A stretch of 64,000 nucleotides of DNA from a virus. Of the stretch, positions 37,982-47,353 are shown in pieces. Made by a program: the position numbers and the translations under genes. Position 1 is the first letter of the stretch, and the number at the start of each line of letters is the position of its first letter. The stretch covers positions 1-64,000 of IMG/VR virus record IMGVR_UViG_3300018080_000099. One strand, 5' to 3'. The notes beneath the pieces were generated by a model, which was given only the letters and a program-made list of their open reading frames with translations, was not told where the DNA came from and did not search any database.

Positions 37982-38370
37982 TGGAAATCGAAGAGTTCTT
38001 CGAGAAGAAAGAGTTGGATGAATCCCCAATGGCGGATTGCGTCATCCCTCGGATGCCGTGGCACGAGGTAACTATCACCCCAGAATCGCCTCTATTCAAG
38101 TTGATGCAAGGGGTTCTTGAAAAGGTAGAAGTCGGGCAGGAATCCATAACTGTTCAAACCATAAATAAAGACAGGTCGGACAAAGTAGGTGTGCTTGTCA
38201 AAGATACCTACAAGTTCGTCTTTGAGTGGCAGAGTGACAATCAGCACTCTGTCCAAGTCTTTAAGAAGGGAGAGGACAGTTATGCAACAGCAGAAGGGGT
38301 TCGACAGGCTGACAGGTCAATTCGACGAGAGGAAAATCCCGTCAGTAGTACCGGGCGAGTGCGAGCCTGA
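37981..38370 (+). CDS. hypothetical protein
   Basis: ORF track; 3' end overlaps next gene. Confidence 0.4.
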   Translation: MEIEEFFEKKELDESPMADCVIPRMPWHEVTITPESPLFKLMQGVLEKVEVGQESITVQTINKDRSDKVGVLVKDTYKFVFEWQSDNQHSVQVFKKGEDSYATAEGVRQADRSIRREENPVSSTGRVRA

Positions 38371-38578
38371 CTACAGCCATGTCAAGAAATGTGAGAAGTG
38401 TGGAAGCTTAAACATTTCATTTGACAGCAATACTTACTTACACATCTGTCGTGAATGCCAGCATAAATCAGCTACAGCCAACAAGATTGATTTTCAGAAA
38501 CTAGCTCAGAAGATGCAGGCAGATGAAGCCAAGCAAATTGAAGAAGGTTTGAAGCGGGGCGAGACATATGGATTCTAA
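38282..38578 (+). CDS. zinc-ribbon protein (CEKCGS...CRECQH)
   Basis: ATG with RBS AAGGGAGAGG inside ORF 38189..38578. Confidence 0.4.
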   Translation: MQQQKGFDRLTGQFDERKIPSVVPGECEPDYSHVKKCEKCGSLNISFDSNTYLHICRECQHKSATANKIDFQKLAQKMQADEAKQIEEGLKRGETYGF

Positions 38579-38852
38579 CTTACCGACCGTCACTCCACGA
38601 CGTCGTTGGTTTTCTACTGCAATACTTTACCAAACAAGCGCAGGCAATCAACACCCAGCCTACGTGGTACAAATTGTTGATGAGTCATACAAAGAGATTT
38701 ATAAGGAAACCTTGACGGTTGTTGAGTATGCAATGTTCGAGCAACTCATAAAAGATAACAAGTATGCGTTGCTTTACAAAAACCACCCCAAGCTATCTAA
38801 GGCAGCTTTCGCTAAAATTGATTGGGTCGGTGACTTCGAGTACAGTCAGTAA
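38568..38852 (+). CDS. hypothetical protein
   Basis: ORF track. Confidence 0.4.
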   Translation: MDSNLPTVTPRRRWFSTAILYQTSAGNQHPAYVVQIVDESYKEIYKETLTVVEYAMFEQLIKDNKYALLYKNHPKLSKAAFAKIDWVGDFEYSQ

Positions 38853-38965
38853 TGCTGACTTATTGGTTGACACCCGTACGGCGGCATGTTATTTTAAAGA
38901 TAGAGAGGAACACCCGTTTAGATTTCATTTTTCCTTTTACACCTTTTCAGGAGAGGAGTGCATTA

Positions 38966-39843
38966 TGACGGAAGAGCAGAAAGTTCCGGAGCAGGAAAAC
39001 ACGACTACCGCTCTGGCAATCCCCATTGCTGACTTTCGTCATCCGCTCATGAGGGAAGTAGTGGACAAAGATTATGTCCAGAGAGCCCAGCATGAGTTGG
39101 AAATTGACGAAAGACTGGGGCTGAAGAATCAGGCCGAAAAGACGGCGAAGGAGTTGATGGCAAACGACATTGACGAGCTTACCAATTCCCGCGACTTCTA
39201 CGAAGTGGACAAGCAAGCCATTGGCAAGCTGTTCGGTCTGAAGGATTTGAAAGCCCGCTGTGTGGGCCACAACATCAGTGAGTCGGTGACAAACACTTGC
39301 AAAGCTCTGGTTTTGCCTCTTTGCATCAGCGCACTGGCAGTTGGGCTTATCGTAGGCGGAATCAAGACAGCGATGGTTGCGGCGGCGGCTAACAGTATCT
39401 GGTGGGGTATGGGTGCCACAGGTATTTTTATCGGCGCTATCGGTGCAATCATCGGAGCAGGCTGGGCCTTCTTTAACAAGGTGGACTTCCGGTACACTTT
39501 CATTGATGTCAACCTTGACATCCAGAAGCTGGAAGAAACAGACATCAGAATCCCTTACGGTGCAAAGCTCAAGACAGATGAAGCAAGGGAAACTGGTATC
39601 TTCGACGGCTTCGCAATCATTACGCCGAAGTTCACACAGCAGAAGAGGGAACTGACTTCTCAGCAGATGCGTGACGCAATCCGTGAAAGGTTTGCACCCA
39701 AGTTCAGTTTCGACCCGGCGATTGTCGGAATCACCCGTGACAACCGGATGTTCATGGTTGTGTACTGGGACATCGAAAATGACAGGGAGAAAGTCATCAC
39801 CGACATAGAGAAGTTCAAGAAGTTTAAACTGAAGAATCACTAA
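38966..39843 (+). CDS. membrane protein (Gly/Ala-rich TM helices)
   Basis: ATG with RBS AGGAGAGGAG inside ORF 38764..39843. Confidence 0.5.
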
Positions 39844-39856
39844 GTAGCACAAAAAG

Positions 39857-39891
39857 GGCGGAGTGGTCTGAAGAGTACTCCGCCCTTTTTC
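39857..39891 (+). terminator. rho-independent terminator
   Basis: GGGCGGAGU...ACUCCGCCC + U5. Confidence 0.7.
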
Positions 39892-39901
39892 ATGGAGCAC
39901 T

Positions 39902-40537
39902 ATGACAGAAAACGATTACCGATTCATTGGACACGCTGTTACTAGATGTACTTCCAAGCGTATCACCGTGACATTCTCACGGAAGTCACAGGTCGAAGCT
40001 CTCGACCCCGGCAAAGTCCCCTTCAAATGTGCAGGGTACTTTGATGAAGATAAGAAGTTGCGAGAACTTGCGGTAGGGTGTGCCAAGGCGCAGAGAGATT
40101 GGTTCCCTATCTTTGTCCACGAATATTGTCACTTCCTACAGTGGGTCGAAAAGAATCCACTGTACTTCGCAGTGATTGATGATAAAGAGATGGGCGACGC
40201 TCTTTGGAACTTTATCAACCGTAAAGAGCTTAAGACTCCAAAGAGCCTCGTAGTTGAATCCGCACGAGCATGGCAAGCATTGGAACTAGATTGTGAGAAG
40301 AAGGCTGTTGAACTGATAGAAGAGTTCGACCTGTCGATTGATGTGGCGGACTACATTCAAAGCGCTAACATCTACATCCTGTTCTATTCCATACTTCCCA
40401 AGACGGGAGATTGGTACACCACACCACCGTATGAAATAGACAAGATAGTTTCGACAATGCCAGAACATTTCCTCGATGACTATATCAGAATGCCCGATGG
40501 GTTTGAAGAGTTGATTATGGCAAACTGTTATGGTTAA
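39902..40537 (+). CDS. putative zinc metallopeptidase-like protein (HExxH: VHEYCHFLQW), paralog of 37089..37739
   Basis: HExxH motif; last gene of + arm. Confidence 0.45.
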   Translation: MTENDYRFIGHAVTRCTSKRITVTFSRKSQVEALDPGKVPFKCAGYFDEDKKLRELAVGCAKAQRDWFPIFVHEYCHFLQWVEKNPLYFAVIDDKEMGDALWNFINRKELKTPKSLVVESARAWQALELDCEKKAVELIEEFDLSIDVADYIQSANIYILFYSILPKTGDWYTTPPYEIDKIVSTMPEHFLDDYIRMPDGFEELIMANCYG

Positions 40538-40564
40538 TCTGGAAGGGTGAAAAGGGGGGAATTG

Positions 40565-40590
40565 GGGAGCTATGCACGGCTCCCCTTTTC
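40565..40590. terminator. bidirectional terminator between convergent + and - arms
   Basis: GGGGAGCUAUGCACGGCUCCCC flanked by A-run (left) and U-run (right). Confidence 0.6.
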
Positions 40591-40872
40591 TTCGTCCTGC
40601 AGTTCAGTAATCTCAGTAGCATCTATCGCATACTGAGCTATGCGAGCAACCTCCGGATGATGTCTGTCCTTCAAACGAAGGATGGTTTCCTTCCGGTCCC
40701 GAAGAACTTTGACGGCTAACTCAAGCTCCTCATCCTTATTAAAGATGATGCGCTTCTTGAAGTTGGTGCGGTTCTTGTTGACAAGCAGCTGGATGACTCC
40801 ACCATTCATTCCATGAAAGAGTAAGCGCCATCCTAACTTGCCACGCTCTGAGGCTTTTGGTATCTCACTCAT
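40570..40872 (-). CDS. hypothetical protein (last gene of - operon)
   Basis: ORF track. Confidence 0.45.
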   Translation of the reverse strand: MSEIPKASERGKLGWRLLFHGMNGGVIQLLVNKNRTNFKKRIIFNKDEELELAVKVLRDRKETILRLKDRHHPEVARIAQYAIDATEITELQDEEKGSRA

Positions 40873-41198
40873 AGTGTGATGTGACTCCTGTCAACAAGTT
40901 CAAAGCCCAGAGGGTTTGAATCCTTCCGCTGAATGATTTCATTGGCGGCATACCGAATAGACAGCTTCTTGTGCTTCAGAAAGAGTATCGCCTTCTTCTT
41001 TCCGAGGTCATTGTCCTTGTTGCGGAACATTTCCTTCATGTCCTCGAACAAATCAATGTTCTTTCGCACAACTTCTGTCCATCCACCGAACTTATCTGCC
41101 GTTTCCTCCTCCTGATATGCAATCTCAAAGGCATTGGCATAGATACGGTAGATAGTCGGCTTACCTTTTGGTCCCATCTCCATGTGAACTCCTTTCAT
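40869..41198 (-). CDS. small protein, family B (…ILFLKHKK…IRYAANEII)
   Basis: shares LL(Y/F)(R/L)KH...CY/IRY motif with 41161, 41434, 41680 ORFs. Confidence 0.45.
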   Translation of the reverse strand: MKGVHMEMGPKGKPTIYRIYANAFEIAYQEEETADKFGGWTEVVRKNIDLFEDMKEMFRNKDNDLGKKKAILFLKHKKLSIRYAANEIIQRKDSNPLGFELVDRSHITL

Positions 41199-41427
41199 TC
41201 ATGATGGTGTAACATAAGTCCTTAACAATCTTGCTTTCGTGTTTCCGATACAGCAATGATGTGGCTCTATCGCCTTGAAACAACTTCTTGAACACGTCAA
41301 CCTCTTGTGCTGACACCCAGACTTCCTGATGAGCTTCATCCATTGTCCAGATTTCAGCTAGCAGGCAGTTACCATACCACCGGCTTTCATCCATTTTACA
41401 GAAGTACTTTCCAAGCTTCGCTACCAC
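41161..41427 (-). CDS. small protein, family B (…TSLLYRKHESKIVKDLCYTI)
   Basis: paralog motif. Confidence 0.45.
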   Translation of the reverse strand: MVAKLGKYFCKMDESRWYGNCLLAEIWTMDEAHQEVWVSAQEVDVFKKLFQGDRATSLLYRKHESKIVKDLCYTIMNERSSHGDGTKR

Positions 41428-41433
41428 AACAGT

Positions 41434-41664
41434 CTACTTTCCATCAAGGATTCTGTAACACAGCTCCTTGATTACATTGTGCTTGTGCTTTCTATACAGT
41501 AAGGCAGTTGTCTTATCACCTTTCAGCAACATCTCAACAGCCATAACATCTTCATTGTCAATCGGGAACTCAGCAGGCAAACTCATTGCTGACGACCACC
41601 GTTCAATGCCGGTGTAGTCATCCTTCTTGACAATCCGATAGTATGGAATACCTTGTTCACTCAT
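41434..41664 (-). CDS. small protein, family B (…TALLYRKHKHNVIKELCYRI)
   Basis: paralog motif. Confidence 0.5.
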   Translation of the reverse strand: MSEQGIPYYRIVKKDDYTGIERWSSAMSLPAEFPIDNEDVMAVEMLLKGDKTTALLYRKHKHNVIKELCYRILDGK

Positions 41665-41679
41665 AATAAAAATACATCA

Positions 41680-42084
41680 TCACAAAGGAAAAATCAATCC
41701 ATTAAGGTTAGGGAGCTTCTCTAAGTCAGTACGTTCTCCGTGTGTCACCATGAAGTCCTCTTTGTCAATCACTTTATAGCAGGCCCAGCGAAGTGGTTTA
41801 ATGTCACTCCTTCTATATAGTAAGGCTGTTTTGGGATTCCGATTGACAATGACATCAACGGCATCCGAGTACAACTTCCGAGAGTGTACATTGAACCTGA
41901 GGAGTGAGCCTTCGTAAATCCAGTCCTCTTCTTCGCGGAGGTCTGGATATTGGAGCATTGTCAGCCGATAGACAACGATTAACTCTTCCTTCTCAACGTA
42001 GTCAAAAGAATACGTTTCCACACATTCCTTGTATCTAAAGGCTGGTGACATATGCTTTTGTGACCTTCTATGATTAGTTGACAT
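41680..42084 (-). CDS. small protein, family B (…TALLYRRSDIKPLRWACYKVI)
   Basis: paralog motif; start may be internal (42051). Confidence 0.45.
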   Translation of the reverse strand: MSTNHRRSQKHMSPAFRYKECVETYSFDYVEKEELIVVYRLTMLQYPDLREEEDWIYEGSLLRFNVHSRKLYSDAVDVIVNRNPKTALLYRRSDIKPLRWACYKVIDKEDFMVTHGERTDLEKLPNLNGLIFPL

Positions 42085-42461
42085 AAAGATGTAACAAGCC
42101 TTTGGGTAGACTTGTCCCTAGCTTCGGTAAGCATTTCCATAGCTGTATCGGAATGTTCATCATCCCCACGAATCAGACGCTTACAAAGGATGAAGTGCGG
42201 GTCGCCCTTCTCCAAGTTCCATATGTGGTTGGCATCCTCATCATGGAACATGTAAATGTCTTTAAGTATATCACTTCCTGTGAAGAGCATCAGCTCTTCT
42301 CCGAAGTCAACAAACACGAATCTTAGTCCATACTTGCCGTTTTTGACTTCGAACTTCCGATAGTAGTACCGCCTGAATTCCTTTTCTTTGAATTTTTGGT
42401 CTCTGGTGAATCCCCTAGCAAGCTTATCAACTGCTTTCAGAGTCAACGGGTAATGCATCAA
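41979..42461 (-). CDS. hypothetical protein (160 aa)
   Basis: ORF track. Confidence 0.45.
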   Translation of the reverse strand: MMHYPLTLKAVDKLARGFTRDQKFKEKEFRRYYYRKFEVKNGKYGLRFVFVDFGEELMLFTGSDILKDIYMFHDEDANHIWNLEKGDPHFILCKRLIRGDDEHSDTAMEMLTEARDKSTQRLVTSLCQLIIEGHKSICHQPLDTRNVWKRILLTTLRRKS

Positions 42462-42471
42462 ACCTCCTCAG

Positions 42472-42762
42472 TTAAGCCATACCGCCACTAATCGCAACCC
42501 GACACGCACCACCGACCACGTAGTACAACAGGTTGGACGGCATATCTATATCCGTAACCTTCTTCATTAGCTTCTTGACTTCTCTCACATCCTCAGGCAT
42601 AATCATGATGGGTATTCGCTTTCCATCCACGATTGGTGTGTACAGCGCATTCTCTCTGTGGTATGTGAAAATAATCTTGTGCCTTCCGAACTTAAGCTTC
42701 ACAATCTCTTTCATAATCAGTAATATGTCGTGCCATCCATTCAAGCGTTTCCATCGAAACAT
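42472..42762 (-). CDS. hypothetical protein (start uncertain; ORF extends to 42837)
   Basis: ORF track 42472..42837 overlaps neighbour; internal Met MFRW chosen. Confidence 0.35.
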   Translation of the reverse strand: MFRWKRLNGWHDILLIMKEIVKLKFGRHKIIFTYHRENALYTPIVDGKRIPIMIMPEDVREVKKLMKKVTDIDMPSNLLYYVVGGACRVAISGGMA

Positions 42763-42979
42763 AGGAGTCAGCACTTCTTTGGAACTCAGCCCGAAGCTTC
42801 CTCGCATGTGCATCAGTGAGAAGATTGATAGCATCATTTAAGTTTTCCTCGGTTTGGTCCACAGTCCATCTTTGCCAAGTTCCGTTGTTGAAGATAGTAA
42901 GTATCTCCCAGATTGGCTTTGGCTGAGCCATATCTAATTTGTGGATGGTAGCTTTCTGAATGTACCAAATGTAGTTCAT
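42692..42979 (-). CDS. small protein, divergent family C member
   Basis: ORF track; W-rich. Confidence 0.4.
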   Translation of the reverse strand: MNYIWYIQKATIHKLDMAQPKPIWEILTIFNNGTWQRWTVDQTEENLNDAINLLTDAHARKLRAEFQRSADSYVSMETLEWMARHITDYERDCEA

Positions 42980-43236
42980 CCTTCCGAATCGTCCTCAAGC
43001 TTCCAAATACTCACCATGAGCAAATCCATTTGGTCTTCGTCTGAAAGCTTGTCCAAGTTGAATGTCTTATCGCTATTTATCTTTCGAGCAAATAAGACAT
43101 CCGTAAGTATCTCAACGAGATACGGCATCATTGGAAGGCTGACTTCGGATATGGGGAATTGTTTCAGCTTGAATTCGTCCATGAGCACGAATTCGTAACT
43201 CTGCCATGCAGTCCTGCGAAACGTCCACCTGAGCAT
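42976..43236 (-). CDS. small protein, family C (MLRW…)
   Basis: N-terminal M-x-R-W motif. Confidence 0.5.
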   Translation of the reverse strand: MLRWTFRRTAWQSYEFVLMDEFKLKQFPISEVSLPMMPYLVEILTDVLFARKINSDKTFNLDKLSDEDQMDLLMVSIWKLEDDSEG

Positions 43237-43274
43237 ACCATCTACCTATATTATACATTATTGACTGCCGAAAG

Positions 43275-43676
43275 TCAATTCTTGAACTGTTCAATGATAT
43301 TATCAACCCTGTCCTCTGACGAAGTCGACTCTTCATCTTCCTCGATGAGGGACTCAGCAACTTCTTCCACAATCGTCTTAGGCTCAGGAAGGATGGGCTC
43401 TATGGTGTAAACGCTGTCGCCCGAGCCAGCATAATTTAAGGCCTTGACAGCTTCTTCCAATTGGTCCATCGACGACCATATCCAGCCCTTCCAATAATCT
43501 GAAGTAATATGAATGAGGCTTGGATTGTCCTTAGGGTCATTGGATTGTCTGGCTCCTTTGATGCTATCAAAAGGCATCATTATCCATCTTTCCTGCTGTC
43601 CTTCAACGTGGTTGTTGGGATGCACAAACTCCCTAAACCTTATGAACTTCATTGTGGGTTTCATGTAGTTCATCAT
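43275..43676 (-). CDS. hypothetical acidic protein (133 aa)
   Basis: ORF track. Confidence 0.5.
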   Translation of the reverse strand: MMNYMKPTMKFIRFREFVHPNNHVEGQQERWIMMPFDSIKGARQSNDPKDNPSLIHITSDYWKGWIWSSMDQLEEAVKALNYAGSGDSVYTIEPILPEPKTIVEEVAESLIEEDEESTSSEDRVDNIIEQFKN

Positions 43677-43704
43677 TCCTCCTAGTCTTTGAACTGTTCA
43701 GGCA

Positions 43705-44040
43705 TCATCCCTCCCCGAACTTCTTGACAACATCCCCGACAGCATCAACGACTTGGTCGACTACCTGTCCTACTGTCGGCGTCGCAGGCTCTACTCTGTC
43801 ATCCTCATTAAGGACTTGAGGTTCTGGTTCTGGCTCAGCTTTCTGAGGCATCTTGTCAATACAATCCTGACAAATATGAAAGTCATCCTCATCATCCCAG
43901 CCACAATCAATAATGGCTAGAATTGCTTTAGTTACTCCATCGAATTGAATACGCTTACAATCCCCGAAGTTCACGTATTCTCTACCACATACATTACAAA
44001 TAACCTTCCTATCAACACTCATCTTCATATCCTCCTTCAT
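43705..44040 (-). CDS. zinc-finger protein (CNVCG…C…CQDC) with acidic PEPEPEP tail
   Basis: ORF track. Confidence 0.5.
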   Translation of the reverse strand: MKEDMKMSVDRKVICNVCGREYVNFGDCKRIQFDGVTKAILAIIDCGWDDEDDFHICQDCIDKMPQKAEPEPEPQVLNEDDRVEPATPTVGQVVDQVVDAVGDVVKKFGEG

Positions 44041-44245
44041 AGCTTAGTGAGCTCCAGACAAACTCGCCTAAGTCACTCAACGAATATTTCCAATGCTCAT
44101 AAGCTACCATTGCATCTGTCAATAGTTCAAGGACTTTATTATCATCCCGACAAATTGTATATGTTTGCTTATAGCAGCCTACCTCTTCTACTTCAACAGT
44201 CCATACATTTGTTCCTGTATGATGCTGTGCTTTCCATCTAATCAT
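44012..44245 (-). CDS. small protein, family C (MIRWKAQHH…)
   Basis: internal Met matching family N-terminus chosen over ORF-track start 44287. Confidence 0.4.
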   Translation of the reverse strand: MIRWKAQHHTGTNVWTVEVEEVGCYKQTYTICRDDNKVLELLTDAMVAYEHWKYSLSDLGEFVWSSLSYEGGYEDEC

Positions 44246-44495
44246 TCGGTCCCTCAAAGTCGTCTTGCATACGACTCCATACTTCATCTATAACTTCGTA
44301 GCTTATCCATCCCTTTTCTGGGTTGTCAAAGATGGACTTCAAAGCCCACGCATCCGACATCAACAAATGTAGTATGATGGCTTCTTTTTCTGTCAGTAGG
44401 AATCCAGCACCCTTTCTATCCAGTATCAAAGTCCACATCGGGGCCTGATTACTCTCCTGCCCCATTTGCATTTTGCTAAGCTCCCACTGTACCAT
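44238..44495 (-). CDS. small protein, family C (MVQWELSK…)
   Basis: family motif. Confidence 0.45.
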   Translation of the reverse strand: MVQWELSKMQMGQESNQAPMWTLILDRKGAGFLLTEKEAIILHLLMSDAWALKSIFDNPEKGWISYEVIDEVWSRMQDDFEGPND

Positions 44496-44784
44496 CCCAG
44501 TACCATTCCATTTTCTCTATCATTTCGAGCTTGCGTATCATCACAGTCCACAACAATCTTCGTATATCAGTTGTGTCTATTATGTCTACCTCGCTATACA
44601 TCTTGTGGTAGTCGGTGATGCCCGCTATGACCTCTTCTACCGATACCTCGTTGGTGTTAAATCCAACCTTGAACTTCCCATCCAGATACAATCCCCATTC
44701 CCAAGTCATATTGATTGAAAAAGGATTGCTACTGATAATTGTTTCCTGAACCTTTGCTTGACGCTTTATTTCCCACCTAATCAT
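44476..44784 (-). CDS. small protein, family C (MIRWEIKRQ…)
   Basis: family motif. Confidence 0.45.
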   Translation of the reverse strand: MIRWEIKRQAKVQETIISSNPFSINMTWEWGLYLDGKFKVGFNTNEVSVEEVIAGITDYHKMYSEVDIIDTTDIRRLLWTVMIRKLEMIEKMEWYWDGTVGA

Positions 44785-45034
44785 CCTTACCCTCTATGTA
44801 ACCGACAAATTCATCCCAGTCCTTAAACTTTTGCTGCATAAGGACTTCTAATCGCTCAAGATGCCTCTTAGACTCCATCATGTCGGTCATACAGGATAAA
44901 ACAAGCCTCATGTCCACTTCTGTAAGGACATTCTTCTCATTAGGCTTGTTCACTGTCCATTTAACCAAAATATATGGTTCCTTCCCTAAAGTCAATAAGT
45001 CTCTGAAGTTAAGAAGCTTAAGTATCGCTCTCAC
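44777..45034 (-). CDS. small protein, family C (…LVKWTVNKP…WDEFVGYIEGKDD)
   Basis: family motif with N-extension. Confidence 0.45.
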   Translation of the reverse strand: MRAILKLLNFRDLLTLGKEPYILVKWTVNKPNEKNVLTEVDMRLVLSCMTDMMESKRHLERLEVLMQQKFKDWDEFVGYIEGKDD

Positions 45035-45251
45035 TATCTATATAGTCCAAATACTCCTCAAAGGTGAAAATCCCGCCTATTTTGTAGTAAGCCCAATTTG
45101 ACGCTCGCCAATAAAGCTCACCCTGACGATTCTTAGCCGGAAGGAGCATCATGCCACCTTTGAACATTTCCTTAGCTTCAAGGACATCCGTAAATGTCCA
45201 AACGGCTATCTGAGCCTTCTTGCCGCGCTTACTGCGTTTCCACTTAAGCAT
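45018..45251 (-). CDS. small protein, family C (MLKWKRSK…FEEYLDYIDSESD)
   Basis: family motif. Confidence 0.5.
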   Translation of the reverse strand: MLKWKRSKRGKKAQIAVWTFTDVLEAKEMFKGGMMLLPAKNRQGELYWRASNWAYYKIGGIFTFEEYLDYIDSESDT

Positions 45252-45471
45252 TGAACTTCTTATCTTTCTCTATGTCGTTAAGGTACTGATTCCACTTCCT
45301 TTTCGTTTTAGCCAATCCCCACTCAGGTAACATCCGCCAGACAATCTCCTTAGCCCTCATTAAGTCACACATGGCATCACGGACTTCCTCAGGCTTTAAA
45401 GGAATAGGCTTTTTGGAATCTTCGCTTATCCGATAGGTGGTGCTTGCCTTGTCAATGTACCAGAAAGTCAT
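45244..45471 (-). CDS. small protein, family C variant (MTFWYIDK…WNQYLNDIEKD)
   Basis: family motif. Confidence 0.45.
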   Translation of the reverse strand: MTFWYIDKASTTYRISEDSKKPIPLKPEEVRDAMCDLMRAKEIVWRMLPEWGLAKTKRKWNQYLNDIEKDKKFNA

Positions 45472-45689
45472 AAGCCATCCTCAACCATGTCCAAGAACTC
45501 TTCCCATATGTAAAATGGCCTAGTACGCCAGCACGGACCAATAGGAGGATTTGGGTACCAGTACCTTATGTATACTGGCCCATTAGTCTCCATAGCTTCC
45601 TTGACTTTTAGTACATCCGTACAGTGTTCCAACTGTGCGTCATCTTTCAGATGATAATAAATCCGTTTCTTAATACTCCATTTCCACAT
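45468..45689 (-). CDS. small protein, family C (MWKWSIKK…WEEFLDMVEDGL)
   Basis: family motif. Confidence 0.5.
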   Translation of the reverse strand: MWKWSIKKRIYYHLKDDAQLEHCTDVLKVKEAMETNGPVYIRYWYPNPPIGPCWRTRPFYIWEEFLDMVEDGL

Positions 45690-45910
45690 TAGTCATCCTC
45701 CACCCAGTCCAACCACTCATGAAAGGAATAGAACTTCTTCCATATCTTTCCTGTCCTTAAAAAGTCACTACCATCAAAGATAATGTAGAAGCCCATCTTC
45801 TCTATGTCAAGCTCTATCTCCTTCTTCATTTCCAATATGTCAATGTACTTCGCAGGCAAGACCACAAGCCTACCAATCTCTACCTTTTTATCCTGATGCC
45901 ATATCCACAT
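45689..45910 (-). CDS. small protein, family C (MWIWHQDKK…FHEWLDWVEDD)
   Basis: family motif. Confidence 0.5.
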   Translation of the reverse strand: MWIWHQDKKVEIGRLVVLPAKYIDILEMKKEIELDIEKMGFYIIFDGSDFLRTGKIWKKFYSFHEWLDWVEDD

Positions 45911-45913
45911 GAT

Positions 45914-46105
45914 TTATCCGAACTTAATGGTGTACGGCTCCCTGTCCTCATCTGATTCTACCTTGTCAAGCCACTCTTCCCATGCAGTATCAAAGTCCTC
46001 ATTCTGTACTACACTATACGCACGAATGAGCTTCTTAACTTCAAGCAAATCAATCCAATACCTGATTCTATGTCTGAATGTTTTATCCTGAATCCATCGC
46101 ATCAT
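45914..46105 (-). CDS. small protein, family C (MMRWIQDK…WEEWLDKVESDED)
   Basis: start reassigned to MMRW (ATGA overlap with upstream membrane ORF stop) instead of ORF-track 46141. Confidence 0.45.
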   Translation of the reverse strand: MMRWIQDKTFRHRIRYWIDLLEVKKLIRAYSVVQNEDFDTAWEEWLDKVESDEDREPYTIKFG

Positions 46106-46278
46106 AACATGCTTCCATATCTCCAGCTGTTCAATAAGCACGCTACAAAGAATAAGGAGATGTAACCAAAGACAACCAAGGCTATTAACCCTAAGGCTAT
46201 CAATCCCTTAACCAATAACCAGACTCCAGCAACTCCCGAAGCCAACCATATTCCCCAGACTATAAGCCAAAATGTCAT
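46102..46278 (-). CDS. small membrane protein (58 aa, 2 TM: MTFWLIVWGIWLASGVAGVWLLVKGLIALGLIALVVFGYISLFFVACLL…)
   Basis: not in ORF track (<60 aa); fills gap between paralogs with ATGA overlaps at both ends. Confidence 0.35.
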   Translation of the reverse strand: MTFWLIVWGIWLASGVAGVWLLVKGLIALGLIALVVFGYISLFFVACLLNSWRYGSML

Positions 46279-46484
46279 TCTCCGAACTCCAATAGGTATA
46301 AGTACACTTCTAGTCCGACATACCCGAGACCACTAACATACATCATTTCCTTACCATCCCTCGTACTCCTACATTTGGGAGCCGAGCTGTTAAGAAACTC
46401 TATGGCTTTCAGCACATCCGTCCTGCGCTCTACCCTGACTCTATCCATCCCATCATCAGTCTTACGAACTGTCCACCTAATCAT
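46275..46484 (-). CDS. small protein, family C (MIRWTVRK…)
   Basis: family motif. Confidence 0.45.
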   Translation of the reverse strand: MIRWTVRKTDDGMDRVRVERRTDVLKAIEFLNSSAPKCRSTRDGKEMMYVSGLGYVGLEVYLYLLEFGE

Positions 46485-46704
46485 TGTGTTCCTTTATCCA
46501 AATGTCAAGCTGTTCCCAATTGTCAACCTCTTCTAAGAAGTCAAGATACTCCTCAAAGGTACAACGCATGGTTATATGATTCAGTCCACGCATACCAAGC
46601 TGTACTTTCAGGCCGTTCTCTATATGCTTCTTCATCTCAAGCACATCCATGCATCGGCCCCAGTACACTTCATCCTTCGGTATGCCAGTCCACTTCCACA
46701 TCAT
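46477..46704 (-). CDS. small protein, family C (MMWKWTGIPK…FEEYLDFLEEVDN)
   Basis: family motif. Confidence 0.5.
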   Translation of the reverse strand: MMWKWTGIPKDEVYWGRCMDVLEMKKHIENGLKVQLGMRGLNHITMRCTFEEYLDFLEEVDNWEQLDIWIKEHND

Positions 46705-46904
46705 TCATCCTGACTTTCTATCCAGTCAAGGAAATCATCAAACGTATGAAACGTTAAGCCAATGTATTCTCCGACCCAAAATCCACTGAATTCACGATTG
46801 GATAGAATCCTCTCAGCCTCATGCTTACATTCCCACAAGTCAAGCCGATACTTAAGAGCATTATCAGCACCAGCACTCTTTTTATGTACAGTCCACTTCC
46901 ACAT
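46701..46904 (-). CDS. small protein, family C (MWKWTVHKK…FDDFLDWIESQDE)
   Basis: family motif. Confidence 0.5.
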   Translation of the reverse strand: MWKWTVHKKSAGADNALKYRLDLWECKHEAERILSNREFSGFWVGEYIGLTFHTFDDFLDWIESQDE

Positions 46905-46906
46905 AA

Positions 46907-47128
46907 TTAATCCTGATTTTCTATAAAGTCAAGGTAGTCATTAAACCTTTTACTAAGAGGCAAATCCGTCCTTGATTGGAATGTCATCCAGTGTTGCCCG
47001 AATCGCCTCCATACCTTAACTGGACGTCCAGACATTATTGCTTTCTTCATCTCCAATACATCAGTACATTGCTCTAGGGTAGCATAGTTCTCAACCCCTG
47101 CTGTCGTAATCACTTGCCACTTCCACAT
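46907..47128 (-). CDS. small protein, family C (MWKWQVITT…FNDYLDFIENQD)
   Basis: family motif. Confidence 0.5.
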   Translation of the reverse strand: MWKWQVITTAGVENYATLEQCTDVLEMKKAIMSGRPVKVWRRFGQHWMTFQSRTDLPLSKRFNDYLDFIENQD

Positions 47129-47334
47129 TACTTATCCATACCTTCTATCCACGTTAAAAAGACATCCCACTGCTTATCATTGAGATTGCTTATCTCCCTG
47201 ACTTTAAGTAAATCCCCACCAGCTCGAAACAACCAATCATTCACATCCCAACCGCGCTCCTTATTTACTCCCACGGTATTCCATATGATTGCCTCTAAAC
47301 TGTTGGCATCCTTATACTTAAACCATTTCCACAT
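47128..47334 (-). CDS. small protein, family C (MWKWFKYKD…WDVFLTWIEGMDK)
   Basis: family motif. Confidence 0.5.
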   Translation of the reverse strand: MWKWFKYKDANSLEAIIWNTVGVNKERGWDVNDWLFRAGGDLLKVREISNLNDKQWDVFLTWIEGMDK

Positions 47335-47353
47335 AATTCATCCACACATGTAC

